From an uncultured Pseudomonadota bacterium (GTDB lineage Bacteria > Oederibacteriota > Muellerivitia > Muellerivitales > Muellerivitaceae): a stretch of 64,000 bases of DNA. The DNA lies in NCBI GenBank assembly GCA_963836235.1, contig CAWIIP010000001.1, positions 320,001 through 384,000 of the forward strand, in the 5' to 3' direction. A program made the translations under genes and the position numbers. The notes below the pieces were generated by a model. It saw only the letters and a program-made list of their open reading frames with translations. It was not told the origin of the DNA and made no database searches. Shown piece by piece: positions 19,878 to 29,721 of the stretch; the first letter of the stretch is position 1; every line of letters begins with the position of its first letter.

Positions 19878-21233
19878 TTAGCGATTAACCCAAGTTAAGA
19901 CAATTTTTCTCAATATCCGGCCATCTTTGGAAAGGACCGCATAATAAGTTCCAAAATCCATTGTTTTTCCTTCCTCATTAGTTCCGTCCCAAGTCGCCCA
20001 GTCGTCCTTTTGGGTCGAAATATTTTTTTGATAAATGGTTTTTAGGGGCCTATTTTGCTCCGACCAAATGTCTAATTGGTAAGTTCCAATACCATCCAAG
20101 AAAAGCATATAAATGTTAACCGGTATTGAATTAAACCGGATGGTGGAGGGTCCGTTGGGATTAGGCGGAACCGTGACCGAAGTCGTGCGGGTGTCGGCGG
20201 TTAACCGGCTTTGGGCTGGCGGAGTGGAACGGGATAACTGGAGCGAGGAGGTGGATTGGGTGGTTAAAACAGGGGGCCGGGTCCCTATTTCAGTACAAGG
20301 GCAATTCTCTCTGTCACCAAGCCAGGTGGCGATGGCGGGAAAAAACTTTCGAGTGACATTTTTGGCCTTCTCAAATTCACGAATATTCCCTTTGGCGGTT
20401 CCGTCAGCGGTATAGGAAAACCAACCCGACTCGTCCCAAATGGGTCCGTCTGGTTGATTTTGCTCCTCCATTCCCGGCTGCCAAAGGGTCCACATAGTGG
20501 CATCCCAAACCATGAACAACTTTTCTTCACCGCAGGAGGTCGGACGGATTTGTTCGCCCAACTGGGTCCCTTTCCATCCCGAAACGATAGACCGGTTAAC
20601 TTGTTCATCCCCTTCCCAATCCTTGCGGGTATCCACAAAGCTCTCGCCAGTCAATTGAGCCAGGGGGATTCCGCCTACAAAGGCCCCAAAAAAGGAGGTG
20701 GGACCTAGGCCCGGATGAACTGGGTAGAAGGCAGCTTCATTCGTAGTGCTATTGCCATCTCGGGAAGGTGGGCAAGTATCATAACTATTTTTGACGGCAC
20801 CGATTTCCTTCAAAAATCGATAGAGACCCTCATTCCGGTCCCCCAATTGATAATGCTCAGCAGCAATAAATAATTTGCCGCAGTGATTCAGGAAGAAAAT
20901 GGCTTTTTGGCGCCAGTGGTCATCAAAATAATCGGCGGAACTGGGTAAACCCTCTCCGCAATTTCGGGTATCGTGATCAACAAACCGCATATCCCAGACT
21001 TGATCGTAGGGGGCGCCCCAATTATCGCCGGTTGGGTCGCGGTTTTCGTTTTTGACGTCAATGGTGGTAACGCAATTGCCGACGATCCGAAGAATATTGA
21101 CGCATTCCAATAGGCCGCCATCGGTCCCATCGGAGCTATTGTAGTAAAAAAGTATTTGATAACCTTGGGAGAAGGTCGGGATCCAAAAGACACATGAAAG
21201 AAAAGCAAAAAGGAAACAGACTTTAAAAGTCAT
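19878..21233 (-). CDS. Secreted protein with Ser/Thr-rich linker and C-terminal FlgD-Ig-like domain
   Basis: Signal peptide from ATG 21233; C-terminal WDGTNEEGKTMDFGTYYAVL. Confidence 0.65.
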   Translation of the reverse strand: MTFKVCFLFAFLSCVFWIPTFSQGYQILFYYNSSDGTDGGLLECVNILRIVGNCVTTIDVKNENRDPTGDNWGAPYDQVWDMRFVDHDTRNCGEGLPSSADYFDDHWRQKAIFFLNHCGKLFIAAEHYQLGDRNEGLYRFLKEIGAVKNSYDTCPPSRDGNSTTNEAAFYPVHPGLGPTSFFGAFVGGIPLAQLTGESFVDTRKDWEGDEQVNRSIVSGWKGTQLGEQIRPTSCGEEKLFMVWDATMWTLWQPGMEEQNQPDGPIWDESGWFSYTADGTAKGNIREFEKAKNVTRKFFPAIATWLGDRENCPCTEIGTRPPVLTTQSTSSLQLSRSTPPAQSRLTADTRTTSVTVPPNPNGPSTIRFNSIPVNIYMLFLDGIGTYQLDIWSEQNRPLKTIYQKNISTQKDDWATWDGTNEEGKTMDFGTYYAVLSKDGRILRKIVLTWVNR

Positions 21234-21362
21234 TTCAAGACCTATTTCGTCACGGAGACACAAGGTGAAATTCGGATTTGCTTTAAGTTGGTAAAGTTTC
21301 TTTATGTCTCTTTTAGTCTGTTTACAAATTTTGATGGGTGATCAAAGAAAAAAATAATCCAC

Positions 21363-22286
21363 TCAATAATAGTAATCGCCCAAATCCTCAAATTTCGCTT
21401 TAGTATCGTTCCATTGGTAAATCGAAACAGTTTGGCGAAAGGCACCGTCAAAATCATTATCAACTAAATTGTATCGTTCCTTAATCCTGGTTTTTAAGTC
21501 CTCGGGATAAATGACATCAGTACTGCTGACAATTTCCAGGTTTCCGTCTTTGGCCAAATCTTTGTAGAGGGTATAGCCTTCCAACCACGTATTAAGTTTT
21601 AACTCCGCCTTAATGTATTTCTGGACATCAATAAGTTCGGGGTGGTCAAACAGCTGATCGTTTTTCCCTTTAAGGGCGTCCGTATCTAGGCGATAAAACG
21701 TCTTATCCACCCGGGTTCCGCCGCCAAAAATACCTATTTCAAAGAAATAGGGTGATGTTTTACCCAGCGTGATTAATCGGGCAGAACCTGGATAGCCTTC
21801 TCCATGCAAAAGATGTTTGTATTGAAGACCGACTTTAATGTAGATATCTGAGCTGGAATGGAGCTTATCCAACTCGTCCGCATAGTCTGCGGTTAAAAAC
21901 ATTTCAGGGCCAGCTTGGGAAAGGTAAAGGGCAACCAATGGAACTTTAGCGCCGTCTCTGCTTTGATTCTCGTGAGGAATCCCCCATTGGGAAGCCATAC
22001 TCAACTTCAGCCTTCTCAAGTGGACGGTGGGTTTATGCCAGGTTGACACGAAAAAATGATGTTTTTTCGCGCGGATTTGCTTGATGAAACTCTGAACATC
22101 CGTGGTAAGGCTAGCGTTGTGCCGGTCCACCCAAACTTGGGATATTTCTTTGCGATCTTGAATTTCACTGTTAGTTAGGGCTAGAGAAACACCCGGGAGT
22201 AACGACAACAGAATGGATAAAAGTAATAACGCACTTTTTTTCACAACTAGCCTCCCCATCCTGGAAAAAGTACCGGCGTACCCCAA
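21363..22286 (-). CDS. Exported hypothetical protein
   Basis: 307-aa ORF with a signal-peptide-like stretch; true start probably downstream. Confidence 0.6.
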   Translation of the reverse strand: MGYAGTFSRMGRLVVKKSALLLLSILLSLLPGVSLALTNSEIQDRKEISQVWVDRHNASLTTDVQSFIKQIRAKKHHFFVSTWHKPTVHLRRLKLSMASQWGIPHENQSRDGAKVPLVALYLSQAGPEMFLTADYADELDKLHSSSDIYIKVGLQYKHLLHGEGYPGSARLITLGKTSPYFFEIGIFGGGTRVDKTFYRLDTDALKGKNDQLFDHPELIDVQKYIKAELKLNTWLEGYTLYKDLAKDGNLEIVSSTDVIYPEDLKTRIKERYNLVDNDFDGAFRQTVSIYQWNDTKAKFEDLGDYYY

Positions 22287-22373
22287 TGAAGGGATCTCAT
22301 CCCGCCATGAGTTCGCCGGATAGTATATTAAAGAAACCGGGCAACACCCAAGAAAAGTCAGTTTTCTTTAGCA

Positions 22374-22817
22374 TTAATCCTTCCAGCAATTCCCTAAATA
22401 GCGAGAGCCGCCGGACCAACCGCTTTTTAAGCCATCCATGATTTCAAGTTTAACGTCTGGATTGACCTTCATTTTGGGAAATTCAGTAAGCGGATAAAAG
22501 GCGGCGTCCCTTAGGACGGCGTCAGGTGTCACGTGGATTTCAAATTGATCAGAAAAAACCACAAAATAAATATTCAAAACCTGCCGATGGTGGTCTGGTG
22601 GTATGGAATCGTGGACTAAAACCATCGGACCCACTTTAATGTTAAGCCCGACTTCTTCTTTGAATTCCCGAACAAGTGCTGTTTCAATCGTTTCGCCAAA
22701 TTCCACCCCCCCGCCGGGAAGCAACCAGTAACTTTTTTGATTTTTCTCGTGGCGTACAAGCAATATTTGGCCATCGTTGATCAAGATTCCCGCGGCGCGG
22801 ATTCGAATGTTTGGCAT
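22374..22817 (-). CDS. NUDIX hydrolase
   Basis: GGGVEFGETIETALVREFKEEVG Nudix box. Confidence 0.9.
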   Translation of the reverse strand: MPNIRIRAAGILINDGQILLVRHEKNQKSYWLLPGGGVEFGETIETALVREFKEEVGLNIKVGPMVLVHDSIPPDHHRQVLNIYFVVFSDQFEIHVTPDAVLRDAAFYPLTEFPKMKVNPDVKLEIMDGLKSGWSGGSRYLGNCWKD

Positions 22818-22828
22818 GGTTCCCTGTT

Positions 22829-23806
22829 TTATTCTGTCATTTGCGTTGCAAGCACTTCGACGACGCTTTCGTTCCTTGGAAAATCATCCAGGTTCAACCA
22901 ACGCACTTCGTGCTGGTGCTTGAACCAGGTCCACTGGCGTTTGGCATACTGGCGGGTCCGGCGGAAAATTTTTTCCAGAGAAATCGGTTCACTAAACTCG
23001 CCTTTTAAAAAAGCCCGTGCTTCCGCATAACCAATGGCGCCCCAGACGGGATGGTCTAAGGGCAATCCCACTTCCATAAGTTTTTTGGCTTCTTCTAATA
23101 ATCCCCCACGCCACATGGTTTCGGCCCGGGTTCTCAAAACCAAGTCCAGTTTATCCTTTGACCGCTCAAAACCCCAAAATAAAACTTTCTCGGAACCCAA
23201 AGGATCGTATTCCACATTTTCTTGGGCAGTTTCAAAAGTTTTTTCCAAAGCCCTACCTATTCTTTGAATATCGTTTGGATGCAGCTTTTCGCCCCGAGCA
23301 GGGTCTCTTTCCTTGAGCCAGTTCAGGGCCTTTTCGCTGCCTAATTCCCTTATTTTTTCCAGGACGAGTGCCCGAATTTCCGGTTTGGGAGCGGAACCTA
23401 AGGGAGGGCCATTGACCAAGGCTCGGATGTAAAAGCCCGCGCCGCCCACCAGAATTGCTTTTTTTTTCCTGGCATGAATGGTCTCGATCGTTTTTTTCGC
23501 TTCTCGCGCGAATACCACCGCGTTCCAATTTTCGCGAGGATCACGGACGCCAACCAGATGATGCGGAACTTCCTTTTGCCACTCTTTCGAAGGCTGGGCT
23601 GTTCCCACTTCAAGTCCCCGGTAAATCTGGAAGGCATCCGCGGAGATAATCTCGGCCTTCGTACGTTTCGCTAGGAGAAAGGCAATTTCGGATTTTCCGA
23701 CACCGGTAGGCCCAACAAGAATGGGAAGTTTTAAGTTTTGAGGTTTAAGTTTTGAGTTGTCGGACATAAAAGTTTTAGCCTTTAAACTCGGCTCAATGAC
23801 GGTCAA
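22829..23806 (-). CDS. miaA: tRNA dimethylallyltransferase
   Basis: GPTGVGKS, ISADAFQIY and TRQYAKRQWTWF motifs; downstream of mutL; start may be ATG 23767. Confidence 0.95.
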   Translation of the reverse strand: MTVIEPSLKAKTFMSDNSKLKPQNLKLPILVGPTGVGKSEIAFLLAKRTKAEIISADAFQIYRGLEVGTAQPSKEWQKEVPHHLVGVRDPRENWNAVVFAREAKKTIETIHARKKKAILVGGAGFYIRALVNGPPLGSAPKPEIRALVLEKIRELGSEKALNWLKERDPARGEKLHPNDIQRIGRALEKTFETAQENVEYDPLGSEKVLFWGFERSKDKLDLVLRTRAETMWRGGLLEEAKKLMEVGLPLDHPVWGAIGYAEARAFLKGEFSEPISLEKIFRRTRQYAKRQWTWFKHQHEVRWLNLDDFPRNESVVEVLATQMTE

Positions 23807-25646
23807 AGCGACGGTAAAGTTCGGATAAGGGAATTGAAAGAATAGTGGGTCTTCCGTGGGGACAGGTAAAAGGCAGGTTGGCTTCCCGCATTTGATCGAT
23901 CAGCCGTTTCATTTGGTCCTCATTTAAGCGGTCGCCCGCCATAACCGCGCTACGGCAGGACATGAAGGTGGCGGTCCTTTCCCTCGCTTGGTCCAGCCGG
24001 TTGGCGGATTTGATCCCGGATGTGTCCTGGGACGCCAAGTCATCAATCAAGTCCTTTACGATTGTCACCAGGTTTTTGCCCGCCAAGTCGGCGGGGACGC
24101 TGCGGACCAAAAAGGTGTTTCCGCCGAAAGGCGCCACTTCCATCCCTAATTCCATCAAGATTTCCTGGTTACTTTTGAGGACTTGGGCTTCTTTGGCGCT
24201 CAATTCCACCGTGATGGGCACCAAAAGTGGCTGGACTTCCAATTTTTTTTCCCAGACCGCCTTCATCAAACGTTCATAATTCAACCTTTCGTGTACGGTG
24301 TGTTGGTCGGCGATAAACATTTCCTGATCCGATTGGAAAACAATAAAGGTATTAAAAAGCTGGCTGAAGTTGTAAAGCGGGGTTTGGGGATCAATCCGGC
24401 GGGCTTGCAAGCCGGACTTTCCAAAGCCCATTGATTCAAAAGAGGTGTGGGAACCGGGAGATTCTACCGGCCTTTGGGGGAGTTTTTCGGCGATCCGGTT
24501 ATAAAGGACACTCGTCGGTGCCGGAGCCGACAAACCAGAAAAACCTTCGTTTAAAAAGCCGGGTTGGGATGGATCGCGGGAATAAACCGGATTGGTTGGG
24601 GTAAAAGAAGGCCCCGGTGACAAAGGTGAAGCGGGCGTTTGCAATGATCCCGGCGCCGAAAGCAAGGCGCTTCGAATGGAACGAACCACTGCCTCGTATA
24701 TTTCACGGTCTTTAGCGAATTTCACTTCTTTTTTAGTTGGGTGAACATTCACGTCCACCTGATCCTCTGCCACTTCCAAGAAAAGGACCGCAACCGGAAA
24801 CCGCCGGGTGGGCAGAAGGGTATGAAAGGCCGTCATAACCGCGTGGCCCAGCGAGATGTTGGAAATCCATCGGTGGTTGACAAAATAAAGCATATTTTCG
24901 CGGGTAGGTTTGGTGATAGTGGGCGCGCTGACCACACCATGGATTTTGAGCCCAGGTACCTGGAATTCCACCGACAGGAAGGAAGAGACCAATTCCCCGC
25001 CGAAAATCTTGGACAACCGGGCGGGAAAATCAGAGGGAGTAACTTGCAGGGACTCTTTGCCATCGATGGTTAATTTGAAGCCGACCTGGGGAAAAGCCAG
25101 GGCATAGGTCGTTAACACCATGTGAATGTGATTTTCCTCAGTGGTTCGTTTTTTCATGAACTTCAGGCGGGCAGGCGTATTGAAAAAAAGATTGGAAATG
25201 GTCAGGGTTGTTCCGACGGGGCGGCCTGTTTCGATGCTTTTAGGAGGCCCTCCTCCCTTAATTTTAACGGAGACGCCGGAAAGAGAGTCCGTAGTGCGGG
25301 TGGATAATTCAAAATGGGACACGGAGGCGATGCTGGCCAGGGCCTCGCCTCGGAAACCGAAAGTATGAAGATTTGAGAGATCTTCGACCGAAAAAATCTT
25401 ACTGGTGGCGTGTTTTTGGATCGCTAAAAGGGCATCTTCCGTTGCCATCCCTTCCCCATTGTCTGTCACCTTGATGAGCTTGAGGCCGCCTTCCTCGATT
25501 TCAACCTCCACCCAAGTCGCCTTGGCATCCAAGGCGTTTTCGACAAGTTCCTTGACTACGGAGGAAGGTCTTTCCACCACTTCGCCGGCGGCAATCTGGT
25601 TAATGACTTTTTCTGAAAGGGTTTTGATTTTGGACATGATTTCCAA
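23793..25646 (-). CDS. mutL: DNA mismatch repair endonuclease MutL
   Basis: NQIAAGEVVERP, GFRGEALAS, DVNVHPTK, DQHTVHER and CPHGRP motifs. Confidence 0.97.
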   Translation of the reverse strand: MEIMSKIKTLSEKVINQIAAGEVVERPSSVVKELVENALDAKATWVEVEIEEGGLKLIKVTDNGEGMATEDALLAIQKHATSKIFSVEDLSNLHTFGFRGEALASIASVSHFELSTRTTDSLSGVSVKIKGGGPPKSIETGRPVGTTLTISNLFFNTPARLKFMKKRTTEENHIHMVLTTYALAFPQVGFKLTIDGKESLQVTPSDFPARLSKIFGGELVSSFLSVEFQVPGLKIHGVVSAPTITKPTRENMLYFVNHRWISNISLGHAVMTAFHTLLPTRRFPVAVLFLEVAEDQVDVNVHPTKKEVKFAKDREIYEAVVRSIRSALLSAPGSLQTPASPLSPGPSFTPTNPVYSRDPSQPGFLNEGFSGLSAPAPTSVLYNRIAEKLPQRPVESPGSHTSFESMGFGKSGLQARRIDPQTPLYNFSQLFNTFIVFQSDQEMFIADQHTVHERLNYERLMKAVWEKKLEVQPLLVPITVELSAKEAQVLKSNQEILMELGMEVAPFGGNTFLVRSVPADLAGKNLVTIVKDLIDDLASQDTSGIKSANRLDQARERTATFMSCRSAVMAGDRLNEDQMKRLIDQMREANLPFTCPHGRPTILSIPLSELYRRFDRH

Positions 25647-25720
25647 TGGTTATGGTGTTAAGGCGAACACAATGTAGTCAAAAAAAATAAAGTTTTAAAG
25701 ACCTGGGAAAGAATGAAGAG

Positions 25721-27292
25721 TTAATGGGCTGGATTTAATGCCGTAACTTCGTAGATCTGGACCTTTGAGGTTTTTCCCTTGAGTTTCGCGGCAGCGAGTT
25801 TTTTAACCTGGACTCGGTTACCCAGTTCCTGGAAGGTTTCTTCAGTGACGAAGATCTGATTTCCCTCGGTTTCGCCTTCTACACGGGCCGCGACATTGAC
25901 CATGTCCCCGATGGCGGTATATTCCATTCGGCGTTCGCTTCCAATGTTCCCCACGATCGCTTCACCAGTGTTGATACCGTATCCCACGGAGATTTGCGGT
26001 TTCTTCTCGGCCTTCCATTTTTCGTTCAAAAGGGCCAGCTTGGCCCGCATCTCAATGGCCGTTTTCACGCATTGATAGGGGCCGTCGGCCAATTCCAGGG
26101 GCGCCCCGTAAATGGCCATGATGGCGTCGCCGATAAACTTATCCAGGGTACCGTGATTGGCAAAAATAACATCTGACATCGCGCTGAAATATTCGTTCAA
26201 GAGGCCGACAATCGTTTCCACTGGTTCCTTTTCAGTGAGAGTGGTGAAGCCCCGGATGTCGCAGAATAAGATGGAAACTTTCTTTTTCGCCCCACCCAGG
26301 GAACTGGCGATATCGTTATTTTGAACCATGTCATCCACGATATTGGGTGAAAGGTAACGCTGGAGCGATGTCCGAAGGCGTTCTTCCCTTCTCACGTCGT
26401 CGAAGAGCTTGGCGTTGGCGATAGCCACTGCCGCTTGGTTGGCGAAGGCCGAAAGGAAGTACATATCCTCCTCGTTGAAGGTGGAGGTTCCTTCCGCTTT
26501 GTCCACGTAAATGACTCCGACGATATTTTCCCTTTCCCAAATGGGCACGCAGATGACCGAGGAAAGCGGCAGGGCCTTGAGGCTGTCCCGATTGGCGAAA
26601 CGGACGTCATGTACGGCATCAAGAACCAAAACGGGAACCCTTTCCTTTAAAACTGTATCTACGATCGTTTGGCTGTAAGGCGCTTGGGCCTCGGCAGGAG
26701 TCAAAGCATGGGTGGCTACAGGTTTCAGTTCACCCGTTTTTTCCCTCAAGAGCAGAAAACCACGATTGGCTTGCATGACTTTGATGGCCATGGCCATAAT
26801 GATGTTTAAGAGTGTCTTCAGTTCCAGTACCGAATTAACGATATTCCCCACTTCATAGAGGGTTAAGAGTTTTTTATGGGCCAATTCGTCGATTTTGGGA
26901 GTTTTTGATTCCGTCTCGTCTTTAGTCACCTCAACCGCGAAACGTAACCTTGTTCCTCCGATGGAAATGACATCCTGGTTTCGTAAAGGACTATCGTTGA
27001 TTTTGACGCCGTTGAGGAAAGTGCCATTTGTACTGCCCAAATCTCGAAGGTTGATTCCCCCCATCCCCAGAAGGATTTGACAATGTTGCCGGGAGACCAA
27101 GGGATCGGTAATCATGACCTCGCAGGTATTGGAACGGCCCATTGTCGTGGTGGGACGGGCGATCTTAAAAACTTGGCCTTGTTCCGGTCCCGCCAGGACA
27201 GTGATGACAATTTGGGGTTTTCCCCCGCTTTTTGGCGGTGTCAGGATGATGCGGCCCGGCATAGCGGGTTCGGGAGTGGTGGATGGGGTCAT
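25721..27292 (-). CDS. FHA-GAF-class III adenylate/guanylate cyclase
   Basis: FHA (GR..SRQH..DLGSTNGT), GAF (VGVIYVD..FANQAAVAI), cyclase (CDIRGFT, DKFIGDA, YTAIGDMVNVAAR). Confidence 0.9.
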   Translation of the reverse strand: MTPSTTPEPAMPGRIILTPPKSGGKPQIVITVLAGPEQGQVFKIARPTTTMGRSNTCEVMITDPLVSRQHCQILLGMGGINLRDLGSTNGTFLNGVKINDSPLRNQDVISIGGTRLRFAVEVTKDETESKTPKIDELAHKKLLTLYEVGNIVNSVLELKTLLNIIMAMAIKVMQANRGFLLLREKTGELKPVATHALTPAEAQAPYSQTIVDTVLKERVPVLVLDAVHDVRFANRDSLKALPLSSVICVPIWERENIVGVIYVDKAEGTSTFNEEDMYFLSAFANQAAVAIANAKLFDDVRREERLRTSLQRYLSPNIVDDMVQNNDIASSLGGAKKKVSILFCDIRGFTTLTEKEPVETIVGLLNEYFSAMSDVIFANHGTLDKFIGDAIMAIYGAPLELADGPYQCVKTAIEMRAKLALLNEKWKAEKKPQISVGYGINTGEAIVGNIGSERRMEYTAIGDMVNVAARVEGETEGNQIFVTEETFQELGNRVQVKKLAAAKLKGKTSKVQIYEVTALNPAH

Positions 27293-27299
27293 CGGGCTC

Positions 27300-29108
27300 T
27301 CATTTCTTCAAAGCATAAACTAAAACGCAACAATTGGCGATATCGGTGACATAGAGATTGTTCTCGGCGTCCAAGGTAAGACCGTAATATTTGGGCGCTA
27401 TTTTATAATTTCCGGAGGGGGTGCCGAATTCAGTTAAATAATACCCTTCCGGATCAAAAACCTGAATTCGCATATCCCGGTCCGTGACGAAAATATTCCG
27501 TTTGGAATCGGTGGCCACACCCAAGGGAGCGGCGAATTCCCCGCGGCTCGAACCCCTTTTTCCGAATTTGTTTTTAAAAACACCTTTTGTCGAGAAAATT
27601 TGAACACGATAGTTTTTTTCATCCACCACCAGCAAGTTTTGAGCGTTGTCCAGCGTCAATCCGGCGGGACAATTGAATTCGCCCAAACGCGCCCCCTGTA
27701 TGCCGAATTTATTCAAAACTTTTCCAGCCGGATTAAAAACCCGGATGCGGTGATTTCCGGTGTCGGAAACATAAATATTATCCTTGTCATCTAAAGCCAG
27801 GGCTTGCGGGTGGAAAAAACCTCCGGCTCCTATTTCGATTTTTCCCGTGGTTGGAGAGGCAGGTTCTCCGAATTTCGCCAAGAGTTGCCCCATTTTCCCG
27901 ATGATTTGGACGTTGCAAGTCTTGGCATCCAAAGCGACCAGGTTTCCCCCCTGGTCCACCGCGATGGATACGGGCATCAGGAAGGAAACCTCTTTGGGGT
28001 CGCTCACTTCCTTTCCAAATTTCCCGACGGAATAAAGGATTTTTCCCTCGAAGTCAAAAACCTGGACGCAGCATTTCATGGAATCGCAAACATAGATCCT
28101 TTTTTGGGCATCAACGGCCACCGACACAGGGGAAATAAAATTCCCCTCTTCCTTACCCCTGGTTCCGATGCTACGAATTAATTTGTAGTGGTAGCCTTGA
28201 TACCGAAGAGTATTGATGTCCCCCACTTCCTTAATCGCTTGTTTTTTATCAGCTTCTTGAATAATGGTATGGGTGAGGACATCCTGGGTTTTGCTCCCGA
28301 TTCCGATCGGAACGGCGAGAACCTCAGGGGATAATTTTTCAAGGTCTTGTTTCATTTCTAAAGCGGATTGATAACGTTTCGAGACTTCCTTTTGCAGTGC
28401 CTTCATAATGACGGCTTCAAGCCCTTTGGGGACACCGGGATTAATTTTGTGGGGCTCTGGCACATCATCCTTTAAGATTTTGTTCAGGACCACCATCGGT
28501 ACTTCGTCATAAAAGGGAAGTTTTCCCGTCACCATCTCATAAAGAATGACTCCCACGGAATAGACATCCGAGGCTTTCGCCGGATGGCCCAGCACTTGCT
28601 CTTTGGCCATGTAATAAAGGGTTCCGCCGATTCCTGCGCCGGTTTTGCCCGCTTGAATAAAAGCGGTCCCGAAATCGGTGATCTTTGCCTTCCGGTCGGA
28701 AGTGAGAAGGATGTTGCCAGGCTTCAGGTCGCGGTGGATGATATTTTTCTCATGGGCATATTGGAGGGCTGTCAGGATTTGAAGGACGATATCGACCGTT
28801 TCTTTATAAGTCAGTGGTGTATCCTGGATCAATTGGGCCAGGTTTTTCCCGTCGACATACTCCATGACCATGAAAAATATGTTTTCGGCCTTATCCACGG
28901 TTAGGATTTGAACGATATTGGGGTGGTCCAGGGAAGCGAGAAGCTTGGGTTCGGCGATGAGGGTGGTGAATTCTTCTTTTTGATTATGGGGGATTTTAAT
29001 CGCTACTTTTTTCCCGATCCAAGTGTCCTCGGCCAGCCAAACGGTCCCAAATGTGCCGCTTCCCTTGATCTCGAGGAGCTTATATTTATCGATGTTCCCC
29101 TGAAGCAT
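27300..29108 (-). CDS. Hanks-type Ser/Thr kinase with C-terminal NHL repeats
   Basis: GSGTFG, VAIK, HRDLKPGN, DFG and DVYSVG; NHL repeats (F..P..L.LD...IYVSD..NHRI.VF). Confidence 0.9.
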   Translation of the reverse strand: MLQGNIDKYKLLEIKGSGTFGTVWLAEDTWIGKKVAIKIPHNQKEEFTTLIAEPKLLASLDHPNIVQILTVDKAENIFFMVMEYVDGKNLAQLIQDTPLTYKETVDIVLQILTALQYAHEKNIIHRDLKPGNILLTSDRKAKITDFGTAFIQAGKTGAGIGGTLYYMAKEQVLGHPAKASDVYSVGVILYEMVTGKLPFYDEVPMVVLNKILKDDVPEPHKINPGVPKGLEAVIMKALQKEVSKRYQSALEMKQDLEKLSPEVLAVPIGIGSKTQDVLTHTIIQEADKKQAIKEVGDINTLRYQGYHYKLIRSIGTRGKEEGNFISPVSVAVDAQKRIYVCDSMKCCVQVFDFEGKILYSVGKFGKEVSDPKEVSFLMPVSIAVDQGGNLVALDAKTCNVQIIGKMGQLLAKFGEPASPTTGKIEIGAGGFFHPQALALDDKDNIYVSDTGNHRIRVFNPAGKVLNKFGIQGARLGEFNCPAGLTLDNAQNLLVVDEKNYRVQIFSTKGVFKNKFGKRGSSRGEFAAPLGVATDSKRNIFVTDRDMRIQVFDPEGYYLTEFGTPSGNYKIAPKYYGLTLDAENNLYVTDIANCCVLVYALKK

Positions 29109-29166
29109 CCGGCCCCCTCAGAATTGGCGTAGGAAAGTATTTTATCAAAGCTTTTTGGGCCTGTAA

Positions 29167-29721
29167 CTAGCTTACAAGGCCTTCATTTACCCTTACTCCC
29201 TCATTTTTTAACAGTTTTATCTTCCATTCGAGGCCTCCCCCATAGCCGCCCAAGCGGTTTCCGTCCGCGATCACCCGGTGGCAAGGAATCAGGAGAGAAA
29301 CGGGATTGCGGTTAAGGGCTTGTCCGGCGGCCCGAAAGCCCCTCGGCGACCCGGCTTTTAGGGCAACCCAGCCATAGGTCCGAAATTGTCCGCGTGGAAT
29401 TTTGCAGGTCGCGGCTAGAACCCTTTGTTGAAAGGGTGTGAGAAAGGAAATGTCAAAATCCGTAAAAAGAAAGGGTTTGCCACTTAAGGCTTTCAGGGTT
29501 TGCCGTTGAATATTTTTAGGAACCATGGCGGGAGGCGCCTTCCAAATGCTTTCTGGAAGGGTAGGCAAATATTCATGCAGTCCCCGCAAAGCTTGAGCCT
29601 GGTTTTTTTGAGGCAAAACCAGGGCCGAGAGTCCTTTGCCCGTCCAAGCCGCCGCGCACCAGCCTCCAACCGTCCGAAAAACCCCCCAGTGGATTTTTAA
29701 AAGCCGGTCCGGGCTTTTCAA
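29167..29721 (-). CDS. ogt: Methylated-DNA-protein-cysteine methyltransferase
   Basis: IPCHRVI active site and RAAGQALNRNP; TTG start overlaps the murJ stop. Confidence 0.9.
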   Translation of the reverse strand: MKSPDRLLKIHWGVFRTVGGWCAAAWTGKGLSALVLPQKNQAQALRGLHEYLPTLPESIWKAPPAMVPKNIQRQTLKALSGKPFLFTDFDISFLTPFQQRVLAATCKIPRGQFRTYGWVALKAGSPRGFRAAGQALNRNPVSLLIPCHRVIADGNRLGGYGGGLEWKIKLLKNEGVRVNEGLVS

